Assembly (NCBI GenBank): GCA_035656635.1
Contig: DASRSD010000110.1
Location: 686 to 64,685 of the forward strand
Length of the DNA stretch: 64,000 bases
Direction of reading: 5' to 3'
Source of the DNA: Pirellulales bacterium
GTDB taxonomy: Bacteria > Planctomycetota > Planctomycetia > Pirellulales > JADZDJ01
The translations under genes and the position numbers were made by a program. The notes under the pieces were generated by a model. That model saw nothing but the letters and a program-made list of their open reading frames with translations, did no database searches and was not told the origin of the DNA. The number at the start of each line of letters is the position of its first letter. The stretch's first letter is position 1. Below, in pieces: positions 1 to 10,960 of this stretch.

Positions 1-75
1 TTCACCGCAGGCAAAGACTTGGACCGCTTTGTGGTGTGGGATTACCTGAACCGCCGCCGCTCCATCGTAGCGTGA
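1..75 (+). CDS. 3' end of a CDS cut by the window edge, product unknown
   Basis: Frame 1 is open from base 1 to TGA at 73-75 (FTAGKDLDRFVVWDYLNRRRSIVA*). Too short to assign. Confidence 0.25.
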   Translation, partial: FTAGKDLDRFVVWDYLNRRRSIVA

Positions 76-81
76 CTGGAC

Positions 82-276
82 TCATTTGTCTGCAGTTGGT
101 GTCGGTGGTGCATCTTCGACAACCTTGAATCCCTCAGGAACTTCGAGCCTAAACAAGCTTGGATCGAAAGGCTTGTTCCAGACGAAGTTTTCGACAATTA
201 GGCGTTCCAAAGTGCGTGGCTCGGTCATAAGCATAGTCGATTGCAGCAACCGTTTTCTTACAAGTCGGAGATTCAA
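82..276 (-). CDS. small hypothetical protein
   Basis: 64-aa ORF starting 9 nt after the stop of the upstream minus-strand gene. No recognisable motif. Confidence 0.4.
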   Translation of the reverse strand: MNLRLVRKRLLQSTMLMTEPRTLERLIVENFVWNKPFDPSLFRLEVPEGFKVVEDAPPTPTADK

Positions 277-285
277 CCGCCAAAC

Positions 286-822
286 TCAATCGTGCTGGTA
301 ATTCATCACCAGCCAGTGGGTACCTTGTTTTTGAAGCTTCACTGCCAAATGCGATACGTACTTAAATGGGTAGGGAGACCCGCGGTCAGAGAATAGGCCC
401 GTAGCGAAGGCGCGAAACTCGGCGGTTGCAGTCATGGGGTTTGTAGTGCGATCCAGTTTGACTTCCATGCCGCTAATGCTGACCGAGTCGAATTTGGCCT
501 GCGCGATCCAATGGCGGGCTTCCGTTTTGACTTCTGTTGCCATGGGCGAGATGCACGCGAGGCACGCATCGAAATCGTTTCGCTCTGCGGCGTCGGCAGC
601 GTTGTAAATTACGTTTGCCACTTGTTCGCGTTCCGTCACAACCAAATGGTCAATCAACATGGCCGAGCCCATTACTAGCGCGATGCCAGCCATGGCCACC
701 AGAATGCCAGCGCGACCATATTTTAGAAACAGCACGCCCAGCACGAACAAGATCACTCCGCCGCCGATAAGAATCGGCGTGGGGTCTTCCGTGAACCAAG
801 TGATGAGCGCGGAATCCGCCAT
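286..822 (-). CDS. hypothetical membrane protein
   Basis: 178 aa. The N-terminal third has two hydrophobic helices (ILIGGGVILFVLGVLFL, ILVAMAGIALVMGSAML), followed by a soluble domain. Confidence 0.6.
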   Translation of the reverse strand: MADSALITWFTEDPTPILIGGGVILFVLGVLFLKYGRAGILVAMAGIALVMGSAMLIDHLVVTEREQVANVIYNAADAAERNDFDACLACISPMATEVKTEARHWIAQAKFDSVSISGMEVKLDRTTNPMTATAEFRAFATGLFSDRGSPYPFKYVSHLAVKLQKQGTHWLVMNYQHD

Positions 823-894
823 GGCTAACTAGGAAAAACGACTACGGCAGTTAAAAGCAGCGTGAATAATACTTTGGCATTTGCATTGCGTACT

Positions 895-2907
895 TCAATG
901 GGACATCAGCCAGTTCTCAATTTGCTGTACTAATATCGTGTTTCCCTGCGATCGGGCTAACTCTAGTGCCCTTTGGGCAGCGGCAGAGACTTCGGCAGTT
1001 TGGCCAAGTTGACTATATACTACTGCCAGACTGTAATAGCTCTGCGCGTAAGAGGGCTTTTGGGCGATGAGTAGTTGGTAATTATCGATGGCTTCCTGGG
1101 TGCGGCCGATTTCAACCAGCGCTATTGCTAGATTGAAGCGCGCGGCGAACAAGGTTGTGCTGTCCGAGGAAAGTGTTAGGACCTGCTCGTATTGTTGAAT
1201 CGCTTCCGAAACTTGCCCTACTTTCTTCAGCGCAATTCCCAAATTGGCGTGAGCCTCGGCCGAATTTGAGTGCTGTTGTACTACTTGCCGAAGGGTGTCA
1301 ACGGCGTCTTGTGAGTGACCGGTTTTGATTTGAGCCATACCTAAGTTGATACCGGCTTCCATATAATCTGGTTTCAATTGCAAAGCTTGTTCAAGCGGCT
1401 CGATTGCCTCTGATGGTTGCCCAGCATCGATCAAGGCGCTGGCTAAATTGTTGTACGCGCTGGCATAAACCGGTTTTATCACAATGGCTTGTCGGAAGTC
1501 GTTGATCGCTTCCTGAATATTACCTTGTTGTTGTAGTTTTACGCCCAAATTGTTATAGGCCACCCAGCATCTTGAATTTTTGTCGATTGTAGTTTGGTAG
1601 AGTTCGATGCAACTACCAAATGTACGGCTTTGCTGCCAGGCGAGGTATCCGAACATTCCGGCGACGAATGCGGCGGCGGAAATTGCCACCCACCTCAGCG
1701 TTTGGTGCGCCCGTTGATACCAACGGCTCCAAAAAGCAGCTGCCAGCGTCATGACGGCAATCAGCGCTAAATACTGATAGTGATCGGCCACTAATGAGTA
1801 TTGCATGTAGCTGACATCGACAAAGCCCATTACGGGAAGCAAAGCCACACAGAAGAATGCCCAAGCGAACAGTAGGGGCTTTCCCCACGAATGATTGCGC
1901 TGCCAGACCAGCATCCCGGTCAATGCTGCCACGGCGATCAACGGGAGCCACCAATAAAATTTTTCGATTTGGATGTTCCACTGCGGATACACGAAAATTA
2001 GGTTAGTGGGCAGAACTGCCTTGAACAAATAGAACCATATCACCGCGCCAGCGCCGGCTAAGCGCTCGGCAAAGCCGGCCGGACGATAAATTTCTCCCGA
2101 ACCGTGTGTTTGGAACCATAGGTTCACCGCAATAAGCAGCATGGCTGACAGGAAGAAAGGCGCTGTGCGGATGATGTCCCACCTTGTAATCGCTTGCCGT
2201 TGCCACCAAGCGATCAACAATAGCACGAGCGGCAGCACTGCTACGGAACCTTTGCTAAGCATCGCCAGAATAAATGCCAGCCAACTAAAACAGTACCAAT
2301 GCAATTTCCTAGATACGAAGAGACGAATTAGCGACTTGCGCGGACCTGGTTCGGAAGCGGCGAGTGCGGGAGAGCAATCGATTTGCAAATATGCGAAAAT
2401 TGACAGCAGAAAAAATAACATAGCCAGCGCATTTTTTCGTTGCGCAATCCAAGCTATGGATTCGACATTGACAGGATGCACTGCAAACAACAAGGCTGCG
2501 AGCCACGCCCCCGGAATGGACAACTTCCGCAAGATAGCCCAAAGCAGGAGCACTGAAGCAATATGCAGCACCAAATTGGTGACATGGTAGCCGGCCGAAT
2601 TCATTCCCCACAATCGCCACTCCAGCCAGAACGTGGAATTAGTTAAGGGCCAATAATCGGTTGGTTCCGTTGTACACCAAAAACGATACAATCCGTCCGC
2701 GCTTTTAACGATTGGGTTATGTGTCACGAGCAGAGCGTCATCCATAACAAATTCACCATGGAGCGCAGGCCAATAAATCAAAATGGTGCTGAAAATGATG
2801 ATCGCCGTGCCGCACAAAATTTGTATTACTGATTTCCGATTTCGTGACATTGAAATTTCACGCGGTGATCCAACAGGAGCGTAAGATTTATTTGCCGCCT
2901 GGGTCAT
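895..2907 (-). CDS. multi-pass membrane protein with C-terminal TPR repeats (TMTC/PMT-like glycosyltransferase architecture)
   Basis: 670 aa with about 10 hydrophobic segments. It has an N-terminal FVMDDALLVTHNPIV motif and a C-terminal run of about 34-aa repeats with the A..Y/A..P pattern typical of TPR. Confidence 0.8.
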   Translation of the reverse strand: MTQAANKSYAPVGSPREISMSRNRKSVIQILCGTAIIIFSTILIYWPALHGEFVMDDALLVTHNPIVKSADGLYRFWCTTEPTDYWPLTNSTFWLEWRLWGMNSAGYHVTNLVLHIASVLLLWAILRKLSIPGAWLAALLFAVHPVNVESIAWIAQRKNALAMLFFLLSIFAYLQIDCSPALAASEPGPRKSLIRLFVSRKLHWYCFSWLAFILAMLSKGSVAVLPLVLLLIAWWQRQAITRWDIIRTAPFFLSAMLLIAVNLWFQTHGSGEIYRPAGFAERLAGAGAVIWFYLFKAVLPTNLIFVYPQWNIQIEKFYWWLPLIAVAALTGMLVWQRNHSWGKPLLFAWAFFCVALLPVMGFVDVSYMQYSLVADHYQYLALIAVMTLAAAFWSRWYQRAHQTLRWVAISAAAFVAGMFGYLAWQQSRTFGSCIELYQTTIDKNSRCWVAYNNLGVKLQQQGNIQEAINDFRQAIVIKPVYASAYNNLASALIDAGQPSEAIEPLEQALQLKPDYMEAGINLGMAQIKTGHSQDAVDTLRQVVQQHSNSAEAHANLGIALKKVGQVSEAIQQYEQVLTLSSDSTTLFAARFNLAIALVEIGRTQEAIDNYQLLIAQKPSYAQSYYSLAVVYSQLGQTAEVSAAAQRALELARSQGNTILVQQIENWLMSH

Positions 2908-3197
2908 GAAACGGTCATCTTTTGGAAGTTCCTACACATATTGAACGGAACAGCACCGACTACTGATGTTGCAAACAGGAGTTACACATCGTGGTCAGCT
3001 CTTACGCACAAGCCGCTGATGCAAGATAGAAACCTGCTTTACATTGTCAGCAGCCATTTGGTCGATACAAGCTAGATACAAATCCAAAAGCAGTGCTATC
3101 GTATCGGCATCAACCAGAATTATTCGACGCAAACACGTACTTTTTAGATATCATGCAGTCGGAGTTTTTATAAGCATTAACTATTGACGGCCTAGAA

Positions 3198-3581
3198 TTA
3201 CTTGCCAACGTTAAGCCTAAGTAAGTGATTTAATCGTCGGCGGTGAAAACGCAGCACGTTGAACATGGCAACTATGGCGATGGCGGCCAGCACAAATGCA
3301 ATCGGCGTGAGGGTGAAAATGGGTTGCCAGGGGGGCGCAGAGTTTTGTTGGTTTGCCGGAGCATCGGTGGCGGTCGGCGCGGCATCGCCAGAGGCGGCGT
3401 CGATGGCCTCCCGTCCCAGGCCGCGCTCTCGGGCGTGAAATTTTTCTTCGATCGATGCCTCGCGGCGCTCAAATTTTGGTCCAATCGTAAATAGCGCCGC
3501 CAGACCCGCCAGTGAAAACAACATGACCCAGAACCACGGGGAATCGGTCACCGAGGGCAGTGTTTTTTCAGAATCCGACAT
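3198..3581 (-). CDS. hypothetical two-helix membrane protein
   Basis: 127 aa, 13 nt downstream of eno on the same strand. TM helices sit at both ends (WFWVMLFSLAGLAALF; IAFVLAAIAIVAMF). Confidence 0.6.
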   Translation of the reverse strand: MSDSEKTLPSVTDSPWFWVMLFSLAGLAALFTIGPKFERREASIEEKFHARERGLGREAIDAASGDAAPTATDAPANQQNSAPPWQPIFTLTPIAFVLAAIAIVAMFNVLRFHRRRLNHLLRLNVGK

Positions 3582-3593
3582 GACAAGCGGCGT

Positions 3594-4892
<1,299 letters not shown>

Positions 4893-5699
4893 TCAAAATT
4901 CAAAATGGATATTGTCAATTTTGTCCGGAATTTTTTTTCTGCGGACAAAACGCAGCGGAGTTTCAATTAATCACGGGAAAAACGCCCTCTGGCAATTAAG
5001 TATTGGCAAAAATGGAACGATTGTCGGTTCATTTTTCGTACAGGCAGTGTTTGTTCGATCCGGTAAGTTTGGCTGAGCGTCCGCGCGGACCAGCGGTCTG
5101 AAAAACGGCAGCCGCCGCCGTGCGCGCTCACGAGTGCCAGTATAATTTTTAGGCACAGCCGGCATTATACTGAAAATGCGTACACTTCTCCACTGAAAAT
5201 TGGGCCAGCCTTTGCTCGCTTGATAAATGTAGTGGCGGCTGTCCCAAGCCGCCCCTGTTGCAGGGAAAGACGGCTGGGCACAGCCATCGCTCCATCGGCC
5301 TCCATTGTGCAAAATTCGCCGCCGATTGGCTAGCGGGCTACCGGCCTAAGGAACTAAGCTGGCGTGCGGAAAAATTGCTATGATTAGCCAGCGGCTGACC
5401 GATGGTCCAATGCTTCAAATAAATTCGATCCGGACACTGCGTAAGGCACTGGTTGTCCATTACTATCTAGAATTTCAACAATACAGTCAGTAGATATTCT
5501 GTTTCATCTATTCCGTTCATCTTCCGCGATGAACGCGCCCATCAGCGGCCTTCTCAGACGATGCCGGCCAGCAGTGACACCCGAGCGAACCATCGCCCGT
5601 AGGCAATTCTTAGAATTGCGCAAATACTCGGCCGACTGATGCGTTCATTGCTGTGTCAGGAAGAAGATAATAGAATGGGCACCCAATGGAGATTTTACT

Positions 5700-6593
5700 A
5701 TGCGACGTGCGGTAACCATCGTTGAATTGCTCGTGGTGATTGCCATTATTGGCGTGCTGGTTGCGTTGCTGTTGCCTGCGGTTCAATCGGCCAGAGATTC
5801 ATCTCGCCGCTTGCAATGTGCGAGTAACTTAAAACAGATTGGCTTGGCACTGTTGAATTACGAAACGGCCAACAAGCATTTTCCGCCTGGTTACGTTTCG
5901 AGCTATGACAACGAGGGAAACGATACCGGGCCGGGTTGGGGATGGTGTTCGTTCATCTTGCCGCAAATGGAAGAAAACGCCATCTATCAAACCATCCATT
6001 TTGATTTGCCGATTGAAAACCCGAACAATGCCGCCCGGGTGGCGAATATCAAAAGCTTTTTTTGCCCCACCGACGATACGCCCAGGGTGTGGGCCGCGAA
6101 GAGCCGTGATGCCAGCGGCAATCCGATTGCCACGGTTTGCGAAGTCGCGGCAGCCAACTATGTTGCCATGTATGGCACGACCGAGCCGGGTGTAGACGGC
6201 GACGGCATGTACTTTCGTAACAGCAAGTTATCGTTGAAAGACGTGACCGATGGGAGCAGCAAAACCGTTGCTGCCGGCGAACGGGCCCACCAACTGGGCA
6301 ACGCCACGTGGGTCGGTTCGGTTACGGGAACGAGTTTATTTCCCGACAATGGCGAAGTGGCGCGTCCGGAAACGGAAGCCAGTGCCGGAATGGTATTAGG
6401 ACAGGCTGGGGAAGGCGTTGGCCCCGGCGCGCCGGGAAGCGATGTCAATCAGTTTTATAGTCTGCACGCGGCCGGTGCGAATTTTGTGTTTGTCGACGCG
6501 CATGTTAATTTTCTTCCCGCTTCGATGGATGAAAAAATATTCAAAGCGCTGACCACACGAGCCGGCGGCGAAATCATTTCGGTCAATTACTGA
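5700..6593 (+). CDS. DUF1559 protein with prepilin-type N-terminal cleavage/methylation segment
   Basis: N-terminus MRRAVTIVELLVVIAIIGVLVALLLPAVQSAR, followed by the RRLQCASNLKQIGLAL..Y....FPPG pattern typical of planctomycete DUF1559 proteins. Confidence 0.9.
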   Translation: MRRAVTIVELLVVIAIIGVLVALLLPAVQSARDSSRRLQCASNLKQIGLALLNYETANKHFPPGYVSSYDNEGNDTGPGWGWCSFILPQMEENAIYQTIHFDLPIENPNNAARVANIKSFFCPTDDTPRVWAAKSRDASGNPIATVCEVAAANYVAMYGTTEPGVDGDGMYFRNSKLSLKDVTDGSSKTVAAGERAHQLGNATWVGSVTGTSLFPDNGEVARPETEASAGMVLGQAGEGVGPGAPGSDVNQFYSLHAAGANFVFVDAHVNFLPASMDEKIFKALTTRAGGEIISVNY

Positions 6594-6853
6594 TGCGTAA
6601 AATTCTGCTGCTGATGTTGTTGGCCCTGGCGGGTTGTAAGGATGCGGACGATAGTGTCCCGCGTGTTATGCTGTCCATCGACAAAGTTCCGCCCAGTGAG
6701 CTGAAGACGGCCAAAGCCAAGTTCCCAGATGTGAAATTCGACACCGCTTGGAAGCTCGCCAGCGGCGCCATTGAGGTCCGGGGAAAGAATAAATTCGGCA
6801 AAATTCATGAAGTCGAATTTTCTCCCACGGGTGATATCGTGGAAACAAACTGA
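6593..6853 (+). CDS. small lipoprotein (PepSY-like fold suspected)
   Basis: Lipobox MRKILLLMLLALAGC. The start overlaps the upstream stop (ATGA-type coupling). 86 aa. Confidence 0.6.
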   Translation: MRKILLLMLLALAGCKDADDSVPRVMLSIDKVPPSELKTAKAKFPDVKFDTAWKLASGAIEVRGKNKFGKIHEVEFSPTGDIVETN

Positions 6854-6959
6854 GCTCCTGCTAGTGGTGCGGTTTGCCTTTGGGCGGCAAATGGTTACGA
6901 TGGTCGATGCGGAATTATCGGAAATGCACGCATCGAAACTGACAGCCGGGTTGAACTGA

Positions 6960-7943
6960 ATGTCTGTAGCGCCCATCGCCCATCCGCGGATGCCAGCGGA
7001 GCCCTTGCCGGAAAATATTCGCAGCACGCAGCCGGGGGGTGGGTTTTGTTATTCGCTGGAAATGGCCTGGGGTCGCTGGCGGCGCTGGTATTTGCGAACT
7101 TTTTGGCCGGGATATGTGCGGCGAATGGCGGCCGCGCGAATTGGTGAGCCCGCCGGCTGCCCACACGAGATTGTCGATTCGCGCGATCTGAAATTCTGCC
7201 GCAATTTGACGGATTGCCATTGGCGGCCGGAGGATGATCGGTTTCGCTGGCGCGAAAAAATTCCGCTGGCACGCTGGGGACTGGCCGAAGTGCAAATCAT
7301 GGGCTGGCCCCTCCTGGCGCTGACCGTGGCCTTGGTGGTGGGCTGGAGAAATACATCGGGAACCACGAGCGCGCTGTGCTTGTTGGCGGCGGTGGTTAGC
7401 GGGGCGGTGCTGGTGCTGGTTGTGTCGTTCTTTCGCGATCCGCCGCGGCGCATTCCGCAAGAGCCAGGCCTGCTGGTTTCCCCGGCTGATGGTAATGTGG
7501 TGGAAGTGGCGCAGCTGGCACACGATGAATTTGTCGGAGGGCCGGCGGTGCGGATCGCTATTTTTCTCACGCTGTTCAACGTTCACGTGAATCGCATGCC
7601 GTGCCGGGCCAAGGCGATTCGATTAAAGTATTCGCCCGGCAAGTTTTTGCACGCCGATCATCCGCTGGCCAGCACGCAAAACGAAAGCATGTGGATTGGC
7701 CTGGAGCAGGACGAAGCACCCTATCGCCGCCTGGTATGCCGGCAGGTTTCCGGGATGGTGGCCCGCCGCATTGTGAACGATTTAAGGCCGGGAGAGGTGT
7801 TGGAACGGGGCGCGAAATTTGGGATGATTAAGTTTGGCTCGCGAACCGAGTTGATTGTGCCGGCCGAAGGTTTCGAGCCGCAAGTTCGCTTGGGACAATG
7901 GATCAAAGCCGGCCGTGACGTGGTCGGGAAATACAGCAGCTAG
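6960..7943 (+). CDS. psd: phosphatidylserine decarboxylase family proenzyme with a long N-terminal extension
   Basis: The C-terminal half has the FGMIKFGSRTELIVP self-cleavage (G-S) region and TM helices. It lies directly upstream of pssA. The start is uncertain (about 110 extra N-terminal residues). Confidence 0.85.
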   Translation: MSVAPIAHPRMPAEPLPENIRSTQPGGGFCYSLEMAWGRWRRWYLRTFWPGYVRRMAAARIGEPAGCPHEIVDSRDLKFCRNLTDCHWRPEDDRFRWREKIPLARWGLAEVQIMGWPLLALTVALVVGWRNTSGTTSALCLLAAVVSGAVLVLVVSFFRDPPRRIPQEPGLLVSPADGNVVEVAQLAHDEFVGGPAVRIAIFLTLFNVHVNRMPCRAKAIRLKYSPGKFLHADHPLASTQNESMWIGLEQDEAPYRRLVCRQVSGMVARRIVNDLRPGEVLERGAKFGMIKFGSRTELIVPAEGFEPQVRLGQWIKAGRDVVGKYSS

Positions 7944-8048
7944 CCATTAGCGGCTAGCGATTAGCGGTTACAACGAATTGACATCGCTTGCCGTTGCCGC
8001 CCGCCCGAATTGCTAATCGGCTAGCCGCTAATCGCTAATTGCTTTAAC

Positions 8049-8927
8049 ATGAAAAAACTTCGCACCGTAGCCGTGTTGCCAACCATGTTCACGCTGGGGA
8101 ACCTGCTGTGCGGGTTCTTTGCGATTGTGGTGGCGTCGCGCGTGGGGGCAGGCACGCTGGATCGGATTCCGCCGGCCCCGCAAATTGAAATTTCCAATCC
8201 GGCCAAGGTGTTCGGCGCGTTCGATCCGACGAACCCCACGCACAACATTGTGTTCAGCGCATGGTTGATTTTTGTGGCGATGATTTTCGATGCGCTGGAT
8301 GGCCACGTGGCCCGACTGGTGAAAATTACCAGCGATTTCGGCGCGCAGTTGGACAGCCTGTGCGATTTAGTGACGTTTGGCGTGGCGCCGGCGTTTTTAA
8401 TGGTGAAAATGTGTCCTGATTTCACCTTTTTTTACCACGACGAAATGTGGATTATCGCGGCGGCATTTGTGGCCTGTGCGGCCATGCGGCTGGCGCGGTT
8501 CAATGCGGAAACGGAGCAAGAGGACGATCATTTATCGTTCATCGGCTTGCCCACGCCCGCCGCCGCCGGGTCGATTGCCAGCTTCGCCATTTTGTTTTAC
8601 ACGTTGCGGCTGGAAAGCAATCATTTGCCGTACGCTCAGGATATCGATTGGTACATGCGGCGGTTTTTGCCACTGTTCACGCTGATGCTGAGCGCGCTGA
8701 TGGTGTCGCGCATTCCGTACCCGCACGTGGTGAATCAGTTGCTGAATGGGCAGCGCAGCCTGGGGCACATTGTGGCGCTGCTGTTTTCGCTGGTGGTGAT
8801 CATTGCCATCCGCGGCTACAGCGTGCCGATTATATGTTCGATCTTCGTTCTTGGCCCGCCGCTGCGTTACGCCTGGCAGCGGTGGCGCAATCGGGCCCAG
8901 GAGCAAGAAAGCGAATCGCTGTTCTAG
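8049..8927 (+). CDS. pssA: CDP-diacylglycerol--serine O-phosphatidyltransferase
   Basis: CDP-alcohol phosphatidyltransferase motif DALDGHVARL....FGAQLDSLCDLVTFGVAP, multi-TM, paired with psd. Confidence 0.9.
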   Translation: MKKLRTVAVLPTMFTLGNLLCGFFAIVVASRVGAGTLDRIPPAPQIEISNPAKVFGAFDPTNPTHNIVFSAWLIFVAMIFDALDGHVARLVKITSDFGAQLDSLCDLVTFGVAPAFLMVKMCPDFTFFYHDEMWIIAAAFVACAAMRLARFNAETEQEDDHLSFIGLPTPAAAGSIASFAILFYTLRLESNHLPYAQDIDWYMRRFLPLFTLMLSALMVSRIPYPHVVNQLLNGQRSLGHIVALLFSLVVIIAIRGYSVPIICSIFVLGPPLRYAWQRWRNRAQEQESESLF

Positions 8928-9021
8928 TGCATAATGACGCGGATGATTTTCAAGGGGCGCGCTCCGCTGGCGCGTCGCGGCTAAACTGACCACTGCTCAC
9001 CGACCACCGATCACTTCTGCC

Positions 9022-9651
9022 ATGTTTACCGGACTTGTTGAAGCGCTGGCCACGGTGATGGAAGTGAAGCCGGAGCCGCCTGGAGCGCGAATTTGTGTCA
9101 GCCTGCCGCCGTGGCCCGAAGGAGAAGCCGGCAGTGTCATTCGCGTGGGAGACAGCATTGCCTTGAACGGCTGTTGCTTAACGGTGGTGGCCGCCAGCGG
9201 GCCGCGGTTGGAATTTCAGGCCGGCGAGGAAACGCTGCATCGCACCAATTTAGGGCGGCTGAAGCCCGGCAGCGCCGTGAACGTGGAGCACTCGCTCTGT
9301 TTTGGCGATCGCTTGGGTGGGCATTTTGTGACCGGGCATATTGACGGATTGGGCACGCTGGCCTCGCGGACCGATGCCGGCGAGTGGTCCACATTTTGGT
9401 TTAGCGCGCCCGTGGCTCTGCTGCGGCAAATGGCATCCAAAGGCTCGATTGCCATCGACGGAGTAAGTTTGACGCTGGTCGACGTGGCCGACGACCGCTT
9501 TAGCGTGATGCTAATTCCGCACACGCTGACCGTGACGACGCTGGGACAGCTGCAGCCGGGCGACACGGTCAACCTGGAAACCGACGTGCTGGCGAAATAC
9601 GTTCAAAAGCAACTTAACGCAGAAAGCAGAAAGCAGAAAGCAGAAATTTAA
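9022..9651 (+). CDS. ribE: riboflavin synthase
   Basis: MFTGLVEALATV start and two lumazine-binding repeats (SIALNGCCLTV / SIAIDGVSLTL). The last 11 codons are encoded by a heptamer satellite. Confidence 0.93.
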   Translation: MFTGLVEALATVMEVKPEPPGARICVSLPPWPEGEAGSVIRVGDSIALNGCCLTVVAASGPRLEFQAGEETLHRTNLGRLKPGSAVNVEHSLCFGDRLGGHFVTGHIDGLGTLASRTDAGEWSTFWFSAPVALLRQMASKGSIAIDGVSLTLVDVADDRFSVMLIPHTLTVTTLGQLQPGDTVNLETDVLAKYVQKQLNAESRKQKAEI

Positions 9652-9703
9652 GCAGTCTGCAAAAGGCATGTGCATTGGTTCTGCCTTCTGCATTCTGCCT
9701 TTT
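9619..9703. repeat. inverted heptamer arrays: (GCAGAAA)x4 at 9619-9646 and (TTCTGCN)x3 at 9679-9699
   Basis: Read directly from the sequence. The arms are about 21/25 complementary and separated by a 32-nt spacer. The structure spans the ribE stop and the ribE-rsmA spacer. Confidence 0.9.
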
Positions 9704-9714
9704 ACTCTCTCATC

Positions 9715-10608
9715 ATGTCGCACCAAACACTCACCTATTTGAAGCAACGATTCCAGCAAGTCGGCCTCAAGCTGCAATCGCGGCACGGTCAGAATTTTTT
9801 GATCGATTTGAATTTACTGCGCATTCTGGCCGATTCGGCGCAACTTTCGCCCCACGACGTGGTGCTGGAAGTGGGCACCGGCGTGGGATCGCTCACGGCC
9901 TTGGTGGCGCCACAGGTAGCGCACTTGGTAACCGTGGAAATCGATCCGCGCTTGGCACAACTGGCCAGCGAAGAATTGCTGTCGCATGCGAACATCACCC
10001 TGCTGCAAATGGATGCCTTGCGGCGCAAGCACGAAATTGATTCGCGGGTGCTGGGTGCCCTGCGGCAACATTTGGCGGCAGAGCCGCAGCGGAACTTTAA
10101 ACTGGTCGCGAACTTGCCGTATGGCGTGGCCACTCCGCTGATTTCCAATCTGCTCGAATTGGAATGGCCGCCGGTTTCGATGACCATCACCATTCAAAAA
10201 GAGTTGGCCGATCGGCTGGCAGCGCAACCCCACACGAAAGATTATGGAGCGATTAGCGTGTGGGTGCAGTGCCAATGCCGCGTGGAAATTTTGCGCGTGA
10301 TGCCGCCGACCGTGTTTTGGCCGCGGCCCAAGGTGCACTCGGCAATTGTTCACATCACGCTGGAGCCGGAGCGGCGCAGCGCGATTCCGGACCGGCGGTT
10401 TTTTCACGAATTTGTGCGCAAGCTGTTTCTGCACCGCCGGAAGTTTTTACGGGGCGTGCTGGTGGCGACGTACAAAGATCGGCTCGACAAGCCGGCGATC
10501 GATCGCGTTTTGTCGGAATTGCAATTTGGCGGAAACGCCCGGGCGGAGGAATTAAGCGTGGAACAAATGCTGGCCCTGTGCGAGAAATTCCGCCAGATCC
10601 AGTTGTGA
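9715..10608 (+). CDS. rsmA: 16S rRNA (adenine1518/1519-N6)-dimethyltransferase
   Basis: GQNFLID motif, SAM-binding VLEVGTGVGSLT, NLPYGVATPL. The start was trimmed from the GTG at 9670 to the ATG at 9715. Confidence 0.93.
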   Translation: MSHQTLTYLKQRFQQVGLKLQSRHGQNFLIDLNLLRILADSAQLSPHDVVLEVGTGVGSLTALVAPQVAHLVTVEIDPRLAQLASEELLSHANITLLQMDALRRKHEIDSRVLGALRQHLAAEPQRNFKLVANLPYGVATPLISNLLELEWPPVSMTITIQKELADRLAAQPHTKDYGAISVWVQCQCRVEILRVMPPTVFWPRPKVHSAIVHITLEPERRSAIPDRRFFHEFVRKLFLHRRKFLRGVLVATYKDRLDKPAIDRVLSELQFGGNARAEELSVEQMLALCEKFRQIQL

Positions 10609-10615
10609 ATTTCAG

Positions 10616-10794
10616 ACCGTGCCGCGCGTATCATTCCCGATGGCTGGGGTAGTGACGCATTTTGAAGTGAACTGCATTGGGTGGCCGGGGTCGAGTGCCG
10701 CCGAGCCCCCGGAATGCTGCCCGCTGGGGTCTCCCTTCGGTCGACCCCAGCCACCCTGCCGGACTGCGCCGCGCGTATCATTCCCGCCGGCTGG
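10616..10794. repeat. 78-bp GC-rich nested palindromic element (10679-10756) flanked by 32-bp direct repeats (10616-10647, 10763-10794)
   Basis: Termini GGGTGGCCGGGGTCGA...TCGACCCCAGCCACCC with an inner GAGCCCCC...GGGGTCTC. The flanking 32-mers match at 28/32. Related copies lie at 23754-23830 and 39219-39296. Confidence 0.85.
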
Positions 10795-10960
10795 CATTCG
10801 CTTGCCACAAGCGGAATAGGCTGATAAATTGAAGCGACCGTAGCTTGGCGGGGGTAGCCGGTGGCAGCCGAGGCTTTTCTGCACTTGGCACCCTTTACCG
10901 TGGTGCATGGCAAATTGATTTCAGGCTGGTTTCATCTTCTCCGCGGAGTGCAATCGCATC

